Numbered from the stretch's first letter, positions 8,842 through 20,179 are shown. The stretch: DNA of 64,000 nucleotides from an uncultured delta proteobacterium (GCA_963804955.1 CAWDSQ010000005.1:1-64000); one strand, 5' to 3'. Program-made: numbers and translations. Notes: generated from the sequence alone by a model not told the origin.

Positions 8842-11824
8842 TCAGTTGCCATTAAGGCTGGCGGCAATGAGGCTGTCGATTACTGCGATGATGTCCTGCT
8901 GAACATTTTGAAACCGCTCATCTGCAATGCGGGCGACAATGATGGGTATTTCATGCAGGTAGATGGTGCCCGTGTTGGCGTCAAGTGTAATGAGGTCTCC
9001 CTCCCTGAGCTGCATGCCGGCCATGATAATTTCTTCTCCGCCTTCGCCCCGCTCCCAGGGGATATCGGTGACGCAGGGCTTTTTTTCGCCGATGGCGATG
9101 AGTGCGGCATGCGACGTTACCCCTCCCTCTTTTGAAATATAGCCGGCAAAACGATTTTCTTCCATGATGACCCGCGGCGGCACATTGCTTTCCGTCAGAA
9201 AAATGAGCGGGCCCGCGAACCGGGCGATGGTGTTCTGGTCGATAATGATGCGTCCGCTCACAGCCCCTCCGCAGACAGGTTTGCCGATGGCGATGACCGG
9301 CGCCGAGTCGGCAGCCTTGTGGTCAAGATAGGTGTTTGTTATTTTTTTGTTGAGGCTGAAGGCTGTCCGCTTGATAAGCTTATAGGGGCTGTAGATGCCT
9401 TCGCGGTAGAAATCGTAGCTGTTGATAATCTGCGCGGCCGGCGACTGGCGCAGGACGCGCGACTGCACAATATGAATTCTGCCGCTGCGCACGGCGAACT
9501 CGATGTCGGTGGGGTAGCGCTGCGAGCGCTCGTCGAAATACTTAAAATCCCGAAGGCACTCATACTGAAGCGGATACTTGGCGGCAAAGTTTTCAATGGC
9601 CTCCGGCGACACCATGCCGTCGGCAATGACATTGCCGAAAAAGCCGCGGCCGAATTCGATCTGCTCCCGGTAGGGGCCGCTCGCATAGCCCGTTGCGGGA
9701 TTGCGCGTGAAGAAGACGCCGGAGCAGTCTTCCGAGGAGAGAATCGGCAGGCATTCCTGAATGAGGCAGGCGGTCTGGAACTGTCCGGGGATGCCGTAGC
9801 TGCCGGCCTGCTTCAGAACGATATCGTTTTCATATGAGGTAAAGACGGCTATGGCAGCGGAAAAGACCTGCTCGAACGGATCGTCGGGAAGAGCAGTGCC
9901 CGCGCTTCCGCTGAGGTTCTGTATAATGCCCTCTATTCTCAGGCTCTCCTGCTCCAGAGCTTCGGCATGCTGGTTGAGCAGCCCGTCATAGCGCTCATAG
10001 CCGGCAGCCCGAAGAATTGCATCCGTGCCGATGCCGAGCACGCTTTTTGCGTAGCTGAGCATGAAGCTGAGCCGCGCCTGCCATGCCCGGGCCGGCTCGT
10101 AGAGAAGCGTTGCCCAGCGGCCTGCCATGTCATGCGTGATGCCGATATGGCTGATGGTGTCAAGTACGCCGGGCATGGAGATGACGCCGCCCGACCGCGC
10201 CATGAGCAGCAGCGGCCGGTCTCCGTCGCCCCAGTTTTTTGCCGGTGCGGCTTTCCAGTTCTGCTATGACATTTTTCAGCACCAGCTTGAATTCAGCAAT
10301 GCGCTCGGGGCGGTTATTGATGGCCTGCCAGGTGAGCGTGCTGAACCCTGCGCCGCGCGGCACGTCGAGCCCGCGCAGGCTGTTTTTAATGATGATCAGC
10401 GAGTTTCGCACCTGCGAATACCCTTTGCCGCCCATGAATTCCGGGCAGGCGCGGTCGTCAAACGAGTCGGCGATATCCGTGCCGAAGCTGAACACATGAT
10501 CTCGAACGGGCCGCAGCCCCGAGCCTGCATACCGCTCAAGGAGCTTAGCGTACACCTCCAGATTGCGGCGGCTGAAGAATGTTTTAAGGCTGTTGATCAG
10601 GTTGCCGAGCAGGTGGGTCGTTTTTTCCCGAATGATGCTGTTGAGAATTCTTGTCACCCGGCTGGTGCGGTCTTCGGCAGGCGTGTTCTCCATGAATACA
10701 TCCTGCAGGAAGGAGAAATTGTTTTCAAGCTCCGCGTTCATCGCCTCTATGATGCTCGGTATATAGTCTTCAAGCTTTCGCGACTCGCGCCGCAGCCGGT
10801 CTATAAGGAAAGCGAAACGGCCAAGATGCCTGGTGCCGTGGCCGACAGCGCGGGAGCAGAGCGCCAGGTTGTAGAGCGCCTCGATGGCCTGCGGGAAATC
10901 GCCTTCGTCCATGGAGCTGAGTTCGGCATTGACGATATTTGCATAATAGATGAATGAAATGCGCTCCAGCAGCCCGTCGGCTGTGATGAGGCGCAGTGCG
11001 GTTTCGCCCTTGCGGGGCAGCTGCCCCGCAAGGACCGAAAAAATAAGGTGCTTGAGGCCATGGCGGATTTTCCCGATGGCCATTGCGCCGATATCGAAGG
11101 CCTTCAGGCGCTCAATCATTCCCGGCAGCACGGCCAGCGATTCCGCATAGCCCGCTTCACTGTGCAGCGCTTCGCTGTCAGCATCGGCCATAATCCGCTG
11201 GAGCAGTTCAGCAAAGTCGCCCTGCTGCGACCTCGCCTCTTTGCCTGCCCAGGCAGTAGCAAGCTTGTCTTTCAGCTGGAGAAGCTGCTGAAAAAGCTCC
11301 GAGCTGAGCATCCGGCGCTTGTCGGCGGGGGTGGCGCCGGTAATGATGCTGTCGTCAACGAGCCCGCTTTCAAGAGGCGACTGAAGAAACTGCCGGAAAT
11401 TTTCAATTTTTGCTATGACTTTTTCGGAAAGGTGCTGGTGAATGAGCTTGCGTATGTCGGCGGCAATCGAGGCAAAGGCCTCATGGCTGCGCCAGGCGGC
11501 ATCGAAATCGTGGGTGATTTCGCGCAGCTCGGTTATGTCAATGCCGTAGATCTGGAATTTAGGCACCTGGGTGATGATTTCGCGCAGAATGCCGTACAGA
11601 TCATCGATAGCGGCCCCGGTGTAGGCATCAAGGAATGCGATGAGCGCGGTTTCAATGTCTCCAACCGACTCCGTGCTGCGGCCTGAATAAAAACTGCGGC
11701 TGCGCATATACATGACAATGCGCACGAGCCCCCGCCTGAGGCATGCACTGTCGTTTTCCCCCGAGAGCTTGTGCAGCAGCGCACAGACATCGTCGGCGGA
11801 ATTCAGCAGATAGTCCTGATCCAT
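8842..11824 (-). CDS. PPDK-like dikinase: unknown N-terminal helical region + ATP-grasp + phosphohistidine swivel domain; one apparent frameshift near 10230
   Basis: ORFs 10160-11824 and 8842-10203 join: MGGKG, VPRG, RSGG.ISMPG.LDT, SGVFFTRNP.TG, DIEFAV, VQSR, GGVTSHAA, ITLDANTG. Confidence 0.8.
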
Positions 11825-11852
11825 AGCAGCCTCCGGTTCAGCCCTCGCAGGA

Positions 11853-12072
11853 CTTCACATTTGATTTCGCAGGAAGAGTTTAAATTGCCCTGTAATCAAC
11901 ATCATTGCTGTCATTCCGGCTTGTCCGGAATCATTTTGCAGATGAGGAGAGGGATTCCGGGCAAGCCGGAATGACGCTGAGATTTTATTTTTTCAATTAT
12001 CATATACGGCATAATTTAAATGCAGTGAAACTAAGGGAATGATTTCTGCAACTGATAATTTCAAATGTGAAG
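11853..12072. mobile_element. MITE-like element with CTTCACATTTGA terminal inverted repeats and an internal palindrome
   Basis: cttcacatttga (11853) / tcaaatgtgaag (12061); internal gtcattccggcttgtccggaatc...gattccgggcaagccggaatgac; the same ends recur at 60970-61248. Confidence 0.65.
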
Positions 12073-12097
12073 GCGCACAAGCATGCAGTTGTCTATC

Positions 12098-12583
12098 TTA
12101 CAGCCACCCGCAGTGGGCAAAAGCGCAGATGGTTTTGGCATCAATGATTTTTCCGGCAGCAAAGAGCTCACGAACCATTTTTTTTGTGACCACGAGCGTT
12201 TCGATGACTTCATCGGCCTCGCAGGCCATGCCCCGCTCGGTCAAATTTTCAGCTTTATACAGCGTTATCTTTTCGGTTGAGTAGCCCGGCACGGGATAGA
12301 TACTACCCAGGCGCGTAAGCTTTTTTGCGCTGTACCCCGTCTCTTCGATGATTTCGCGGCGGGCGCAGGCAAGGGGCTGCTCGCCCTTTTCCAGCGTGCC
12401 CGCCGGCAGTTCAAAAATATAGGCGTTGATCACCGGCCTGAACTGCCGCAGCAGAATGACTGTATCCCTGGTAAGAAAAGGCACAATGAGCACTGCGCCG
12501 GGATGCTCCACAAGCTCAAGGCGCACGGTATGGCCGTTGGGGAGCTTTGTTGCCCGCTTTTTAATGTTCAGAAATTCAGCCAT
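12098..12583 (-). CDS. NUDIX hydrolase (ADP-ribose pyrophosphatase-like)
   Basis: ELPAG.....E.....ARREIIEETGY Nudix box; HPGAV; RQFR. Confidence 0.92.
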   Translation of the reverse strand: MAEFLNIKKRATKLPNGHTVRLELVEHPGAVLIVPFLTRDTVILLRQFRPVINAYIFELPAGTLEKGEQPLACARREIIEETGYSAKKLTRLGSIYPVPGYSTEKITLYKAENLTERGMACEADEVIETLVVTKKMVRELFAAGKIIDAKTICAFAHCGWL

Positions 12584-13211
12584 GATCAGTCGCCTTTCTA
12601 ATGCGCGCCGTCAGCCGGTCGATGATATGCTTCAGTTCCTGCCCCGGATCGATGACGATATCGCTGCGGGATTTTGTCGGCTCCACGAACTGCACATGCA
12701 TGGGCCGAACCTGCTCAAGATACTGCCGGGCCACCGACTCCATGGTGCGGCCCCGCTCGGCCATGTCTCGCTGGATGCGCCGCAGCAGGCGTATGTCGGC
12801 ATCTTCATCAAGATATATTGTCAAATCAAAAAGCCTGCGGAGCTCATGGGGCACAAAGATCAGTATGCCCTCGACAAGGATCACGGGGGCCGGCTGCAGT
12901 ATCACCGTTTCCTGCAGATGCGTATGGGTGGCGAAGTCATAGACATGCCGGGTGACCGGCTTGCCCGACTTGAGATTGCGCAGGTGCTGCGCGAGCAGCG
13001 CAAGATTGAGGGCATTGGGATGGTCGAAATTTTCCAGGTGCCGCTCCTGCAGCGACAGGTGCGAGAGGTCGGCGTAGTAGGAGTCAGCGTCGATGAGCGT
13101 GACGCGGTCAGGCCCGATGGCGGCTGCAATGCCTGCCGCAATGGTTGTCTTGCCCGAGCCGGTTCCGCCTGCAATGCCGACAATGAATGGTTCAGGTTTC
13201 ATGGCGTTCAC
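12576..13211 (-). CDS. udk: uridine kinase
   Basis: GIAGGTGSGKTT, NFDHP, EGIL, RRIQRD..ERGR, FVEPTK. Confidence 0.93.
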   Translation of the reverse strand: MNAMKPEPFIVGIAGGTGSGKTTIAAGIAAAIGPDRVTLIDADSYYADLSHLSLQERHLENFDHPNALNLALLAQHLRNLKSGKPVTRHVYDFATHTHLQETVILQPAPVILVEGILIFVPHELRRLFDLTIYLDEDADIRLLRRIQRDMAERGRTMESVARQYLEQVRPMHVQFVEPTKSRSDIVIDPGQELKHIIDRLTARIRKATDHG

Positions 13212-13260
13212 TTTCGGCAGGGGCGGTTCGCGAACCGCCCCTGCGGTGAAATATGCATTA

Positions 13261-14010
13261 TTAAAATATAGCCGAGGGCGGAAAGCTCAGGTTCACGATC
13301 ACGTCTGCCGGGATGCCCACGCCGAGGCCCATTTTCACCGCTATGTCTTTCATGGTTAGATATTCAAGCCACTTGCCGTTGCGCCTCAGCTTGAGCTGCC
13401 TGCCGGCATCGGTTGCGGCAGAGTCTTTGCGCTTCTGCAGGATTGCGGTATAGGCGTCAAAGAAAGTCCTGTAGGAGTCGATGAACAGGTCAAGCCTGTC
13501 CTCATGCAGATGCATGAGCTTGCAGCCGACCATGGCGGCAAGGGGCTTGTCCCAGTGGGGCATATTGTACTGCCCGTCCAGGCCCTCGCGCAGCTTGACG
13601 CGGTCGATGCCGAAGCGGTCTGCAACGCTGTCCATGGCGGCTTTTGCGCTGAGCAGGTCTTCGCTGATTTCCACGGCAGGGAAGAGGTCCAGGTTCATGT
13701 GATACGGGCCATCGCCCGTGAGGGCCCACTCGGTATTGAAATGGCCGAAGGGGCAATTCGGGTTTTCGGGGAATATTTCAACCTGAAAGACCATATAGTC
13801 AACCTTCCGGTCGAGCTCGGGCGGCTGTATCTGCTGCATGGTCATGTGGGTGATGGCGGCCTTTTCGATGCAGCCGCCGCGTATGATGGCCACATCGGCC
13901 GTGCCCACTTTGAAGGGAACAGTGCGGCGGTCACATGTGCCGCCGGAGAGTTTGATGAGCTCTTTGATGACCAGTTCTTTTGTTTCGTTGACGAAGTCGA
14001 CAATTTTCAT
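13261..14010 (-). CDS. divergent coproporphyrinogen III oxidase (HemF)-like protein
   Basis: IEKA, FPENPNCPFGHFN, DLFP, LRRNGKWLEY...D...GL, SFPP align by eye with HemF motifs (HP.NP..P..H.N; RRGRYVEF; S.PP). Confidence 0.6.
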   Translation of the reverse strand: MKIVDFVNETKELVIKELIKLSGGTCDRRTVPFKVGTADVAIIRGGCIEKAAITHMTMQQIQPPELDRKVDYMVFQVEIFPENPNCPFGHFNTEWALTGDGPYHMNLDLFPAVEISEDLLSAKAAMDSVADRFGIDRVKLREGLDGQYNMPHWDKPLAAMVGCKLMHLHEDRLDLFIDSYRTFFDAYTAILQKRKDSAATDAGRQLKLRRNGKWLEYLTMKDIAVKMGLGVGIPADVIVNLSFPPSAIF

Positions 14011-14298
14011 GGCATGCTCCGGCATAGGTTGTCCTGTTGCAAACAGTGTAGCAGATTGCCGCCTGCCGGGCAACATTTTCACGGCTGCGGCGGAGTTTAA
14101 AATGCAGGCTTGCGCCCCGCGGCAGGGGCATGTGCGTTGAGCCTGAAAAACAACATCATGCGGCGGCTGCAATGCCCGGCAATTCGCTGCTGCATTTCCG
14201 GTATGCATATGTTTTTTCAGACGGGATGCACAGGGAGTTTGAGGCCTGTACTGATGAGAACAGCAATGAGGCGGCAGTGCGGGTGCACCCCGCCTTTT

Positions 14299-15268
14299 TT
14301 ATCTCTTGAGCAGGCTTTTGTAGTAGGCGGTAAGAAGCGCATTTGACCAGCAGAGCATCCCCGAGACGCCGACAATCCGCTGCACTTCAGGCCCGCGTTA
14401 TTTTTGCCTCGGCCCGCAGCACCTCCGGATTTTTCTCGCTTATGGCAAGGGTGCGTCGCGGCAAACAGCAGGGGCCAGATGCAGAACAGCCGCAGCCTGC
14501 GCAGCCTGCGCGGCAGAAGCCGTATATAGGCAACGCCATTGTCCAGATGGCGCCGGGCCTTGGCCGTGAGCATGCCCAGCACCTGCAGCGCCGCGGGCTC
14601 ATGGGCCGGGTCAAAAAGCTGGACCGAATCCAGGCCTGCATGTCCGCAGAACGTCTCAGGCACAAAGATCCAGCCCCGCTCGAAATCCTTGCGCATGCCG
14701 CGGATGATGTTGACGGTCTGCAGGGCAAGCCCGAATTCGCGGCCAAGCCCCATGAGCCGGTCTTTCTGTGCGGCGATTGCCGGGCTGTGCAGGGCAAACA
14801 CTTCGGTTAAAAGCCACCCGACGCGGCCCGCCACTTCGTGCATATAATCGTCCATCTCGGCTTCATCGCGAACAAAGGGGCCATGCTCCTGCCAGCGCGC
14901 CATGCCAAGGGATGTCTCATGGACATGGCGGACAAGAATATGCGCGGTGCGTTTCGGGAAGGCTCTGCAGGTGGGCCATGACGCTGTCTGCATGCTGGGC
15001 CACATAGACTTCGGGGTCTGAGCCGTCAAGGCGGGCAAGCTCGGCAGTGAGCGCGTCAACAGGCGCCTCGCCAGTAAGGACGCCCGCCCACAGGCGCAGC
15101 AGGCGTGCCTTGGTGGGGGCATCCAGCAGGTCATGGTCTTCAATGCAGTCGGCAACGCGGAACAGCAGATAGGCCACGGTTACTGGCCTCGCGCTGCAGG
15201 CCCGGCAGCTGCTCTATTGAAAGAGAGAAGGTGCGGCTCACATTGCGAAGCATGTCATAGCTGTTCAC
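14299..15268 (-). CDS. squalene/phytoene synthase family protein (several apparent frameshifts)
   Basis: VSRTFSLSI, YLLFRVADCIED, YMHEVAG.VG, GLALQTVNIIRG..KD..RGW spread across frames. Confidence 0.8.
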
Positions 15269-15291
15269 GGAGAGCCCTCGCTGCACAGTAT

Positions 15292-16773
15292 TCAGGTACA
15301 GAGGTGCGCGGCCGCTGTGCGGATGCGCGCAACAACCCGCTCGCGGCCTATGGCCATCAGAAGCTCGAAAAGCCCGGGGCCTGCGGCCTGGCCCGTCACG
15401 GCCGTGCGCACGCCGTTGATGATGAGCCCTGCCTTGATGCCGAGCTTTTCCGAGAGTTCGCGCACCGCATGCTCCGTGCTTTCAAGATCAAAGTCCGGCA
15501 GTTTTTCAAACATGTCTGCAAGCTCGGCGATATAGTCTTTTATCCGGGGGTCTTTTTTCAGATTTTTTTGAACGGCGGCCTCTTCAAAGGTGAAGTCGTC
15601 TGCAAAGTAGGGGCGGCCCAGGGTCGAAAAATCTTTTATGGTATGCAGCCGCGTGCGGATGAGCTCCACAACCGAATCAAACCACTGCTTTCTGGCGCCG
15701 TCCCAGGCCTCATCCCACAGGCTTGATGATTTCAGCTCGTCGCGCACATACGGGACGAGCTCATCCAGCGGCAGCATGCTCATGTAGCGGGCGTTTATGG
15801 AGATGGCTTTGGGGTCGGTCCAGTTTTTGGGGTCTCCTGCCGTGTAGTTGAAAATGGCGTTGCTGCGGCTGATTCCCTCGAGGCTGAAAGCTTCGATCAT
15901 CTCCTCGCGCGTGAAGAATTCGCGGCTGTCGGATGTGGCCCAGCCGAGCAGGGCCAGGAAATTGCACAGGGCCCAGGGCAGAAAGCCCCGTTCCTTGTAA
16001 TAGGCCACGGTCACCACCTCGCCATGCTTGCGCTTGGAGATTTTCGCCTTTTTGGTGTCCAGCGTCAGCGACATGTGGGCGAATACCGGCTTTTTGAACC
16101 CCAGGGCATCGTAGATAAGAATCTGCTTGGGCGTATTGGCGATGCCGTCCTGGCCGCGCAGCACATGGCTGATGCGGTCCATGTTGTCGTCGACGGCATT
16201 GCTCAGTACATACAGCGGGTTGCCGTCGGAGCGCAGGATCACAAAGTCCTCGATATCCGCATAGCGCTTTTCAATGGTGCCGTACACGGCATCCTCAAGC
16301 ACCACGGCGCCGTCGGTCTGCGGCGTTTTGAACCGCACCACATAGGGCATGCCCAGGTCTTCGCGCTTTTTGATTTCCTCGGCCGAAAGGTTTCGGCAGG
16401 TGCCGTCATACTTGTTGTCGATTTTTTCTTTCAGGGCATGCTCGCGCTTTGCCTCCAGCGCCTCTTTGGTGCAGAAGCATTTGTAGGCATGGCCGGTTTC
16501 CAGAAGCCGGCGGGCCGCTTCCTGGTGTTTGCCGATGCGCTCTGACTGGTAGTAGGGGCCTTCATCCCAGTCGATGCCGAGCCAGCGCATGCCGTCAAGT
16601 ATTTCGTCTATGGAGGACTGCGTTGAGCGCTCGGTGTCGGTATCTTCGATGCGCAGGATGAAAGCGCCTTTATGCTTGCGCGCAAACAGCCAGTTGTACA
16701 GGGCTGTGCGGGCGCCGCCGATATGCAGATAGCCTGTGGGGGAGGGGGCAAAACGAACGCGTACGTCTTCCAT
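15292..16773 (-). CDS. gltX: glutamate--tRNA ligase
   Basis: RFAPSPTGYLHIGG, RIEDTD, KISKR, anticodon-binding C-terminus. Confidence 0.96.
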   Translation of the reverse strand: MEDVRVRFAPSPTGYLHIGGARTALYNWLFARKHKGAFILRIEDTDTERSTQSSIDEILDGMRWLGIDWDEGPYYQSERIGKHQEAARRLLETGHAYKCFCTKEALEAKREHALKEKIDNKYDGTCRNLSAEEIKKREDLGMPYVVRFKTPQTDGAVVLEDAVYGTIEKRYADIEDFVILRSDGNPLYVLSNAVDDNMDRISHVLRGQDGIANTPKQILIYDALGFKKPVFAHMSLTLDTKKAKISKRKHGEVVTVAYYKERGFLPWALCNFLALLGWATSDSREFFTREEMIEAFSLEGISRSNAIFNYTAGDPKNWTDPKAISINARYMSMLPLDELVPYVRDELKSSSLWDEAWDGARKQWFDSVVELIRTRLHTIKDFSTLGRPYFADDFTFEEAAVQKNLKKDPRIKDYIAELADMFEKLPDFDLESTEHAVRELSEKLGIKAGLIINGVRTAVTGQAAGPGLFELLMAIGRERVVARIRTAAAHLCT

Positions 16774-16927
16774 GGAACCTGGTATCCTTTCATGAGCAGT
16801 AAGCTGTAAAGCGTGTACAACAGGCAGTAACTGTACCAGAAAAGCCCCGGCGAGACAATGACAAACCTTTACGGTGCCGGGGTTTTGGTATATAGTTGGA
16901 GTTGGTGCAAATACAGCAGGAGCTTTT

Positions 16928-17431
16928 ATGGGCATTGATTTTTTAGAAGAGAAATTTCAGAGCTATCGGGAGCGCCATCCGGAAAATATGGACCGGCTTC
17001 GGGAACTGGCCGAAAAGACCTCCGCCGTGCAGGCGCGGGTGCGCGAGCTTATGGACGCCCTCACCCCGCGGCTGTGCAGCGCCTGCATTGCCTCCTGCTG
17101 CAAGTGCATGCCCGTTGACGGCTGGTTCACCGAAAGCGATTATTTTCTGTACCGTATGCTCCATGAAGCGCCGCTGCATCTTCGCAGGCAGCACGCCGAC
17201 GGCAGGAGCTGCACGTTTCTTGGAGAGACCGGCTGCGTGCTGCCCGGCGACATGCGCTCATTTCCCTGCGTGAAGGTCAACTGCAAAACGGTCGCCGAGG
17301 CCCTTGAAGCAGACGGCAGGCTTGCTGATTTCACGGAGCTTTATGAGGAAATGGGCAGACTGCAGGAAGAGATCTGGCCACTGCTTGCCGACTGCCTGTC
17401 ACCCACAATCATGCAGGCTCAGCAGCTATGA
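16928..17431 (+). CDS. Cys-cluster protein (YkgJ-like)
   Basis: CxxCxxxCC...C.FL...GC.L...R..PC...C. Confidence 0.65.
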   Translation: MGIDFLEEKFQSYRERHPENMDRLRELAEKTSAVQARVRELMDALTPRLCSACIASCCKCMPVDGWFTESDYFLYRMLHEAPLHLRRQHADGRSCTFLGETGCVLPGDMRSFPCVKVNCKTVAEALEADGRLADFTELYEEMGRLQEEIWPLLADCLSPTIMQAQQL

Positions 17432-18405
17432 CAAACCTGTTCCAGCACCGGCTGCTCAATCAGCCGTTTGGCGATCCAGCCCTGTATGTGCGCCTGGCCG
17501 GGGAGAAGAAGGCCCTGCTCATTGACCTTGGCGAGGTAAGCCGCCTTGAGCCGGGCAGGCTGCTCAAGGTCGAAGACGTCTTTGTCTCCCACACCCATAT
17601 CGACCACTTCATTGGCTTTGACCATCTGCTGCGCTTAAATCTCGGCCGCAATAAAATGCTCCGCATATTCGGACCGCCGGGCATCATCGCCAATGTCAGG
17701 GGCAAGCTTGCAGGCTATACCTGGAATCTTGTCGATGCCTATCCCTTTATTATTGAGGCAATCGAGATCGGCGCCCGCAGTCTTAAAAAGGTTCAGTTCA
17801 TCTGTGCCGAGCGGTTTAAACCCCGGAAGGCTGAAACCGTTCCCCGTACCGCGGCCTGTGTCGATGTTCATCCGCATTACGGAGTGCAGGCCCTGCGGCT
17901 CGATCATCGCATCGCCTCCCTTGCCTACAGCCTGCAGGAGCGGTTACACATAAACATCAATAAAGACCGGCTCGACGGGCTCGGCCTGCCCGTGGGCGCC
18001 TGGCTGCGTGAGCTCAAGAATGCCGTCTGGGCCGGCAAGCCTGATGATTTCATTGTGCGCACTGATGGCGGGGCAGAGCTGCCGCTCGGGGAGCTCAAGC
18101 GCGAAATACTTACCCTTACCAAAGGCCAGAAGATAGTGTATGTTTCCGACTGCCGGGGCACCGACACCAATCTGAAAAAAATCATCTCTTTTGCCCATGG
18201 CGCCGATCTGCTTTTCTGCGAAGCCGCATTTCTTGACCGCGACCGCGACAAGGCCTGTGAACGCGGCCATTTGACGGCAAAGCAGGCAGGCTTTGCAGCC
18301 CGCGAGGCAGGAGTTGCGAGCCTGCAGGTTTTCCATTTTTCGCCCCGCTATGAAGCGTCCCCTGAGCTTGTGCGAGAAGAGGCACAGCAGGAGTTTAAAA
18401 AATAA
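17428..18405 (+). CDS. rnz: ribonuclease Z-like MBL-fold hydrolase
   Basis: SHTHIDHF, LDH, SD, EAAF, GHLTA, HFSPRY. Confidence 0.85.
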   Translation: MTNLFQHRLLNQPFGDPALYVRLAGEKKALLIDLGEVSRLEPGRLLKVEDVFVSHTHIDHFIGFDHLLRLNLGRNKMLRIFGPPGIIANVRGKLAGYTWNLVDAYPFIIEAIEIGARSLKKVQFICAERFKPRKAETVPRTAACVDVHPHYGVQALRLDHRIASLAYSLQERLHININKDRLDGLGLPVGAWLRELKNAVWAGKPDDFIVRTDGGAELPLGELKREILTLTKGQKIVYVSDCRGTDTNLKKIISFAHGADLLFCEAAFLDRDRDKACERGHLTAKQAGFAAREAGVASLQVFHFSPRYEASPELVREEAQQEFKK

Positions 18406-18475
18406 ACGCGCTGCTCGCGTGAGCAGCCCTTTGACAAAACCTTTCGCCTGGGATAGAGCAGGCGCTAGAGAGCAC

Positions 18476-19213
18476 ATGACTGACAACACATACCTCGGCG
18501 ATGAACTGAAGATTTTTGCCCACGCCATCAACTGGAAACAGTACTACGGATATGTGATCAGGGGCTGGTTCGGGCAAAGAGTTCTGGAGGTCGGCGCAGG
18601 GCTGGGGGAGACGACCCGCCATCTCTGCACGGGCCGGCACGAGCAGTGGCTGTGCCTCGATCCGGACCCCGGGTTCTGCGACACGATTCGCGCTAAGGCT
18701 GCCTGTGGACAGCTGCCTGGATTCTGTTCGGTCCATAACGGAACAACGGAGGACCTGCAGGGCAGGAACGTGCGTTTTGATACGATTCTCTACATAGATG
18801 TGCTCGAGCATATCAAGGATGATTGCGCCGAGCTGCAGCGGGCAGCCAGCCTGCTCAATGATCAGGGGTGTGTCATCGTGCTAGCGCCGGCCCATAACTT
18901 TTTGTTCAGCCCCTTTGACAGCAAGATAGGCCATTACCGGCGCTATGACAGGCGGGGCCTCAGGGCGGCCTGCCCTGCGGAGTTGACCTTGGAGCGCATG
19001 GTGTATCTTGACAGCGTCGGGATGCTGGCCTCTTTGGCAAATCGCTTATTGCTGAGCCAGGCAACGCCGACTCTTGGGCAGATTGAATTCTGGGACAGAG
19101 TCCTGGTCCGCATATCGCGGGTTGTTGACCCTGTTGTGTTTCATCGTATCGGGAAGAGCATTCTGGCTGTCATGAGAAAGAAGGCAGGCCGGCAATCGGC
19201 TGCCCGGCACTGA
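18476..19213 (+). CDS. class I SAM-dependent methyltransferase
   Basis: VLEVGAGLG, DVLEHIKDD, GHYRRY. Confidence 0.9.
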   Translation: MTDNTYLGDELKIFAHAINWKQYYGYVIRGWFGQRVLEVGAGLGETTRHLCTGRHEQWLCLDPDPGFCDTIRAKAACGQLPGFCSVHNGTTEDLQGRNVRFDTILYIDVLEHIKDDCAELQRAASLLNDQGCVIVLAPAHNFLFSPFDSKIGHYRRYDRRGLRAACPAELTLERMVYLDSVGMLASLANRLLLSQATPTLGQIEFWDRVLVRISRVVDPVVFHRIGKSILAVMRKKAGRQSAARH

Positions 19214-19354
19214 GCGTAAGCCGTAACGCCTTCAGCAGGCCTGTGCGTGCAAAACCGCCATATGCCGCCACTGGCAAGTGATTTAAAGCTGCTGAAAGAT
19301 TGACAACAGGGGTTTTGCGGGATATGAAATAGTTTTTTCAGTCAACCCTTTGGT

Positions 19355-20101
19355 GTGACCATGCAAAATATCGACGCATATTACGATCAGGATACCCACG
19401 ACTACATGCGCTGCAGCGATGGAGCGTTCGCCGATTTTATTTTCGCCTCCATGGAGCAGGTCATGGGAGATGATTACAAAAAATACCGTAATGCTATTGA
19501 GCTCGGCGCCGGCATGGGCCGTTTTTCCTTTGCTCTGGTCAGCCGTTTCAGCGGAGTATGGCTCATAGAGCCTGCGCGCGCTTTTGCTCAAACCCTGCGC
19601 GCGCTGTTTCCGCAGGAGCATGTGCAGGTGGTCGATACGACGGCCGAGACTTTTTTTGCATCAACGCCGGTGCCGCAGGGTTCGATTTTTTTCAGCTTTC
19701 ACCTGCTGCACCATCTTTCGCTGAAGCAGCGGCAGGCGCTGTTTTCATTTATACACTCCACAGGGGCGCCGGTTGTTTTTGTCGAGCCTAATCCGTGGAA
19801 CCCCCTGCTGCTCGTGCAGATTTTTACCAATAAGGATATGATTGTTAAAGAAGAAATAGAGTATTTGAAACTGACCAGGCGCGGGCTTTCCTCCGAGCTT
19901 GCCGACTGCGGCATGCAGGTCATGGCCCATGCTCCGCTGTGCCTTCTGCCGCCTTTTGCCGCGATGAAGGTGCTGCGCATGCCCGGGGGCAGAAAAAAAC
20001 TGATTCGCTTCGAGCGCTCCCGGCGCCTGCTCCCGTTCATGGCGTCGTATCATTTTTTTTACTGCAGCAGGCAGCAGCCACAGGAGACAAGCCGTGCTTA
20101 A
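19355..20101 (+). CDS. class I SAM-dependent methyltransferase
   Basis: IELGAGMGRF, HLLHH, EPNPWNP. Confidence 0.85.
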   Translation: MTMQNIDAYYDQDTHDYMRCSDGAFADFIFASMEQVMGDDYKKYRNAIELGAGMGRFSFALVSRFSGVWLIEPARAFAQTLRALFPQEHVQVVDTTAETFFASTPVPQGSIFFSFHLLHHLSLKQRQALFSFIHSTGAPVVFVEPNPWNPLLLVQIFTNKDMIVKEEIEYLKLTRRGLSSELADCGMQVMAHAPLCLLPPFAAMKVLRMPGGRKKLIRFERSRRLLPFMASYHFFYCSRQQPQETSRA

Positions 20102-20179
20102 GTTTCTTGGAAGCGTTTTTTTTGCCGATGCAATGCCGCCGGAGCCGTTTCTGCCGGCCTGGCACAGGGGGGCAGAAAC

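Noticed and set aside
10200..10260. Programmed ribosomal frameshift in the PPDK-like gene
   Set aside because: Cannot be distinguished from the many apparent sequencing indels across the window, and no clear stimulatory structure was seen.
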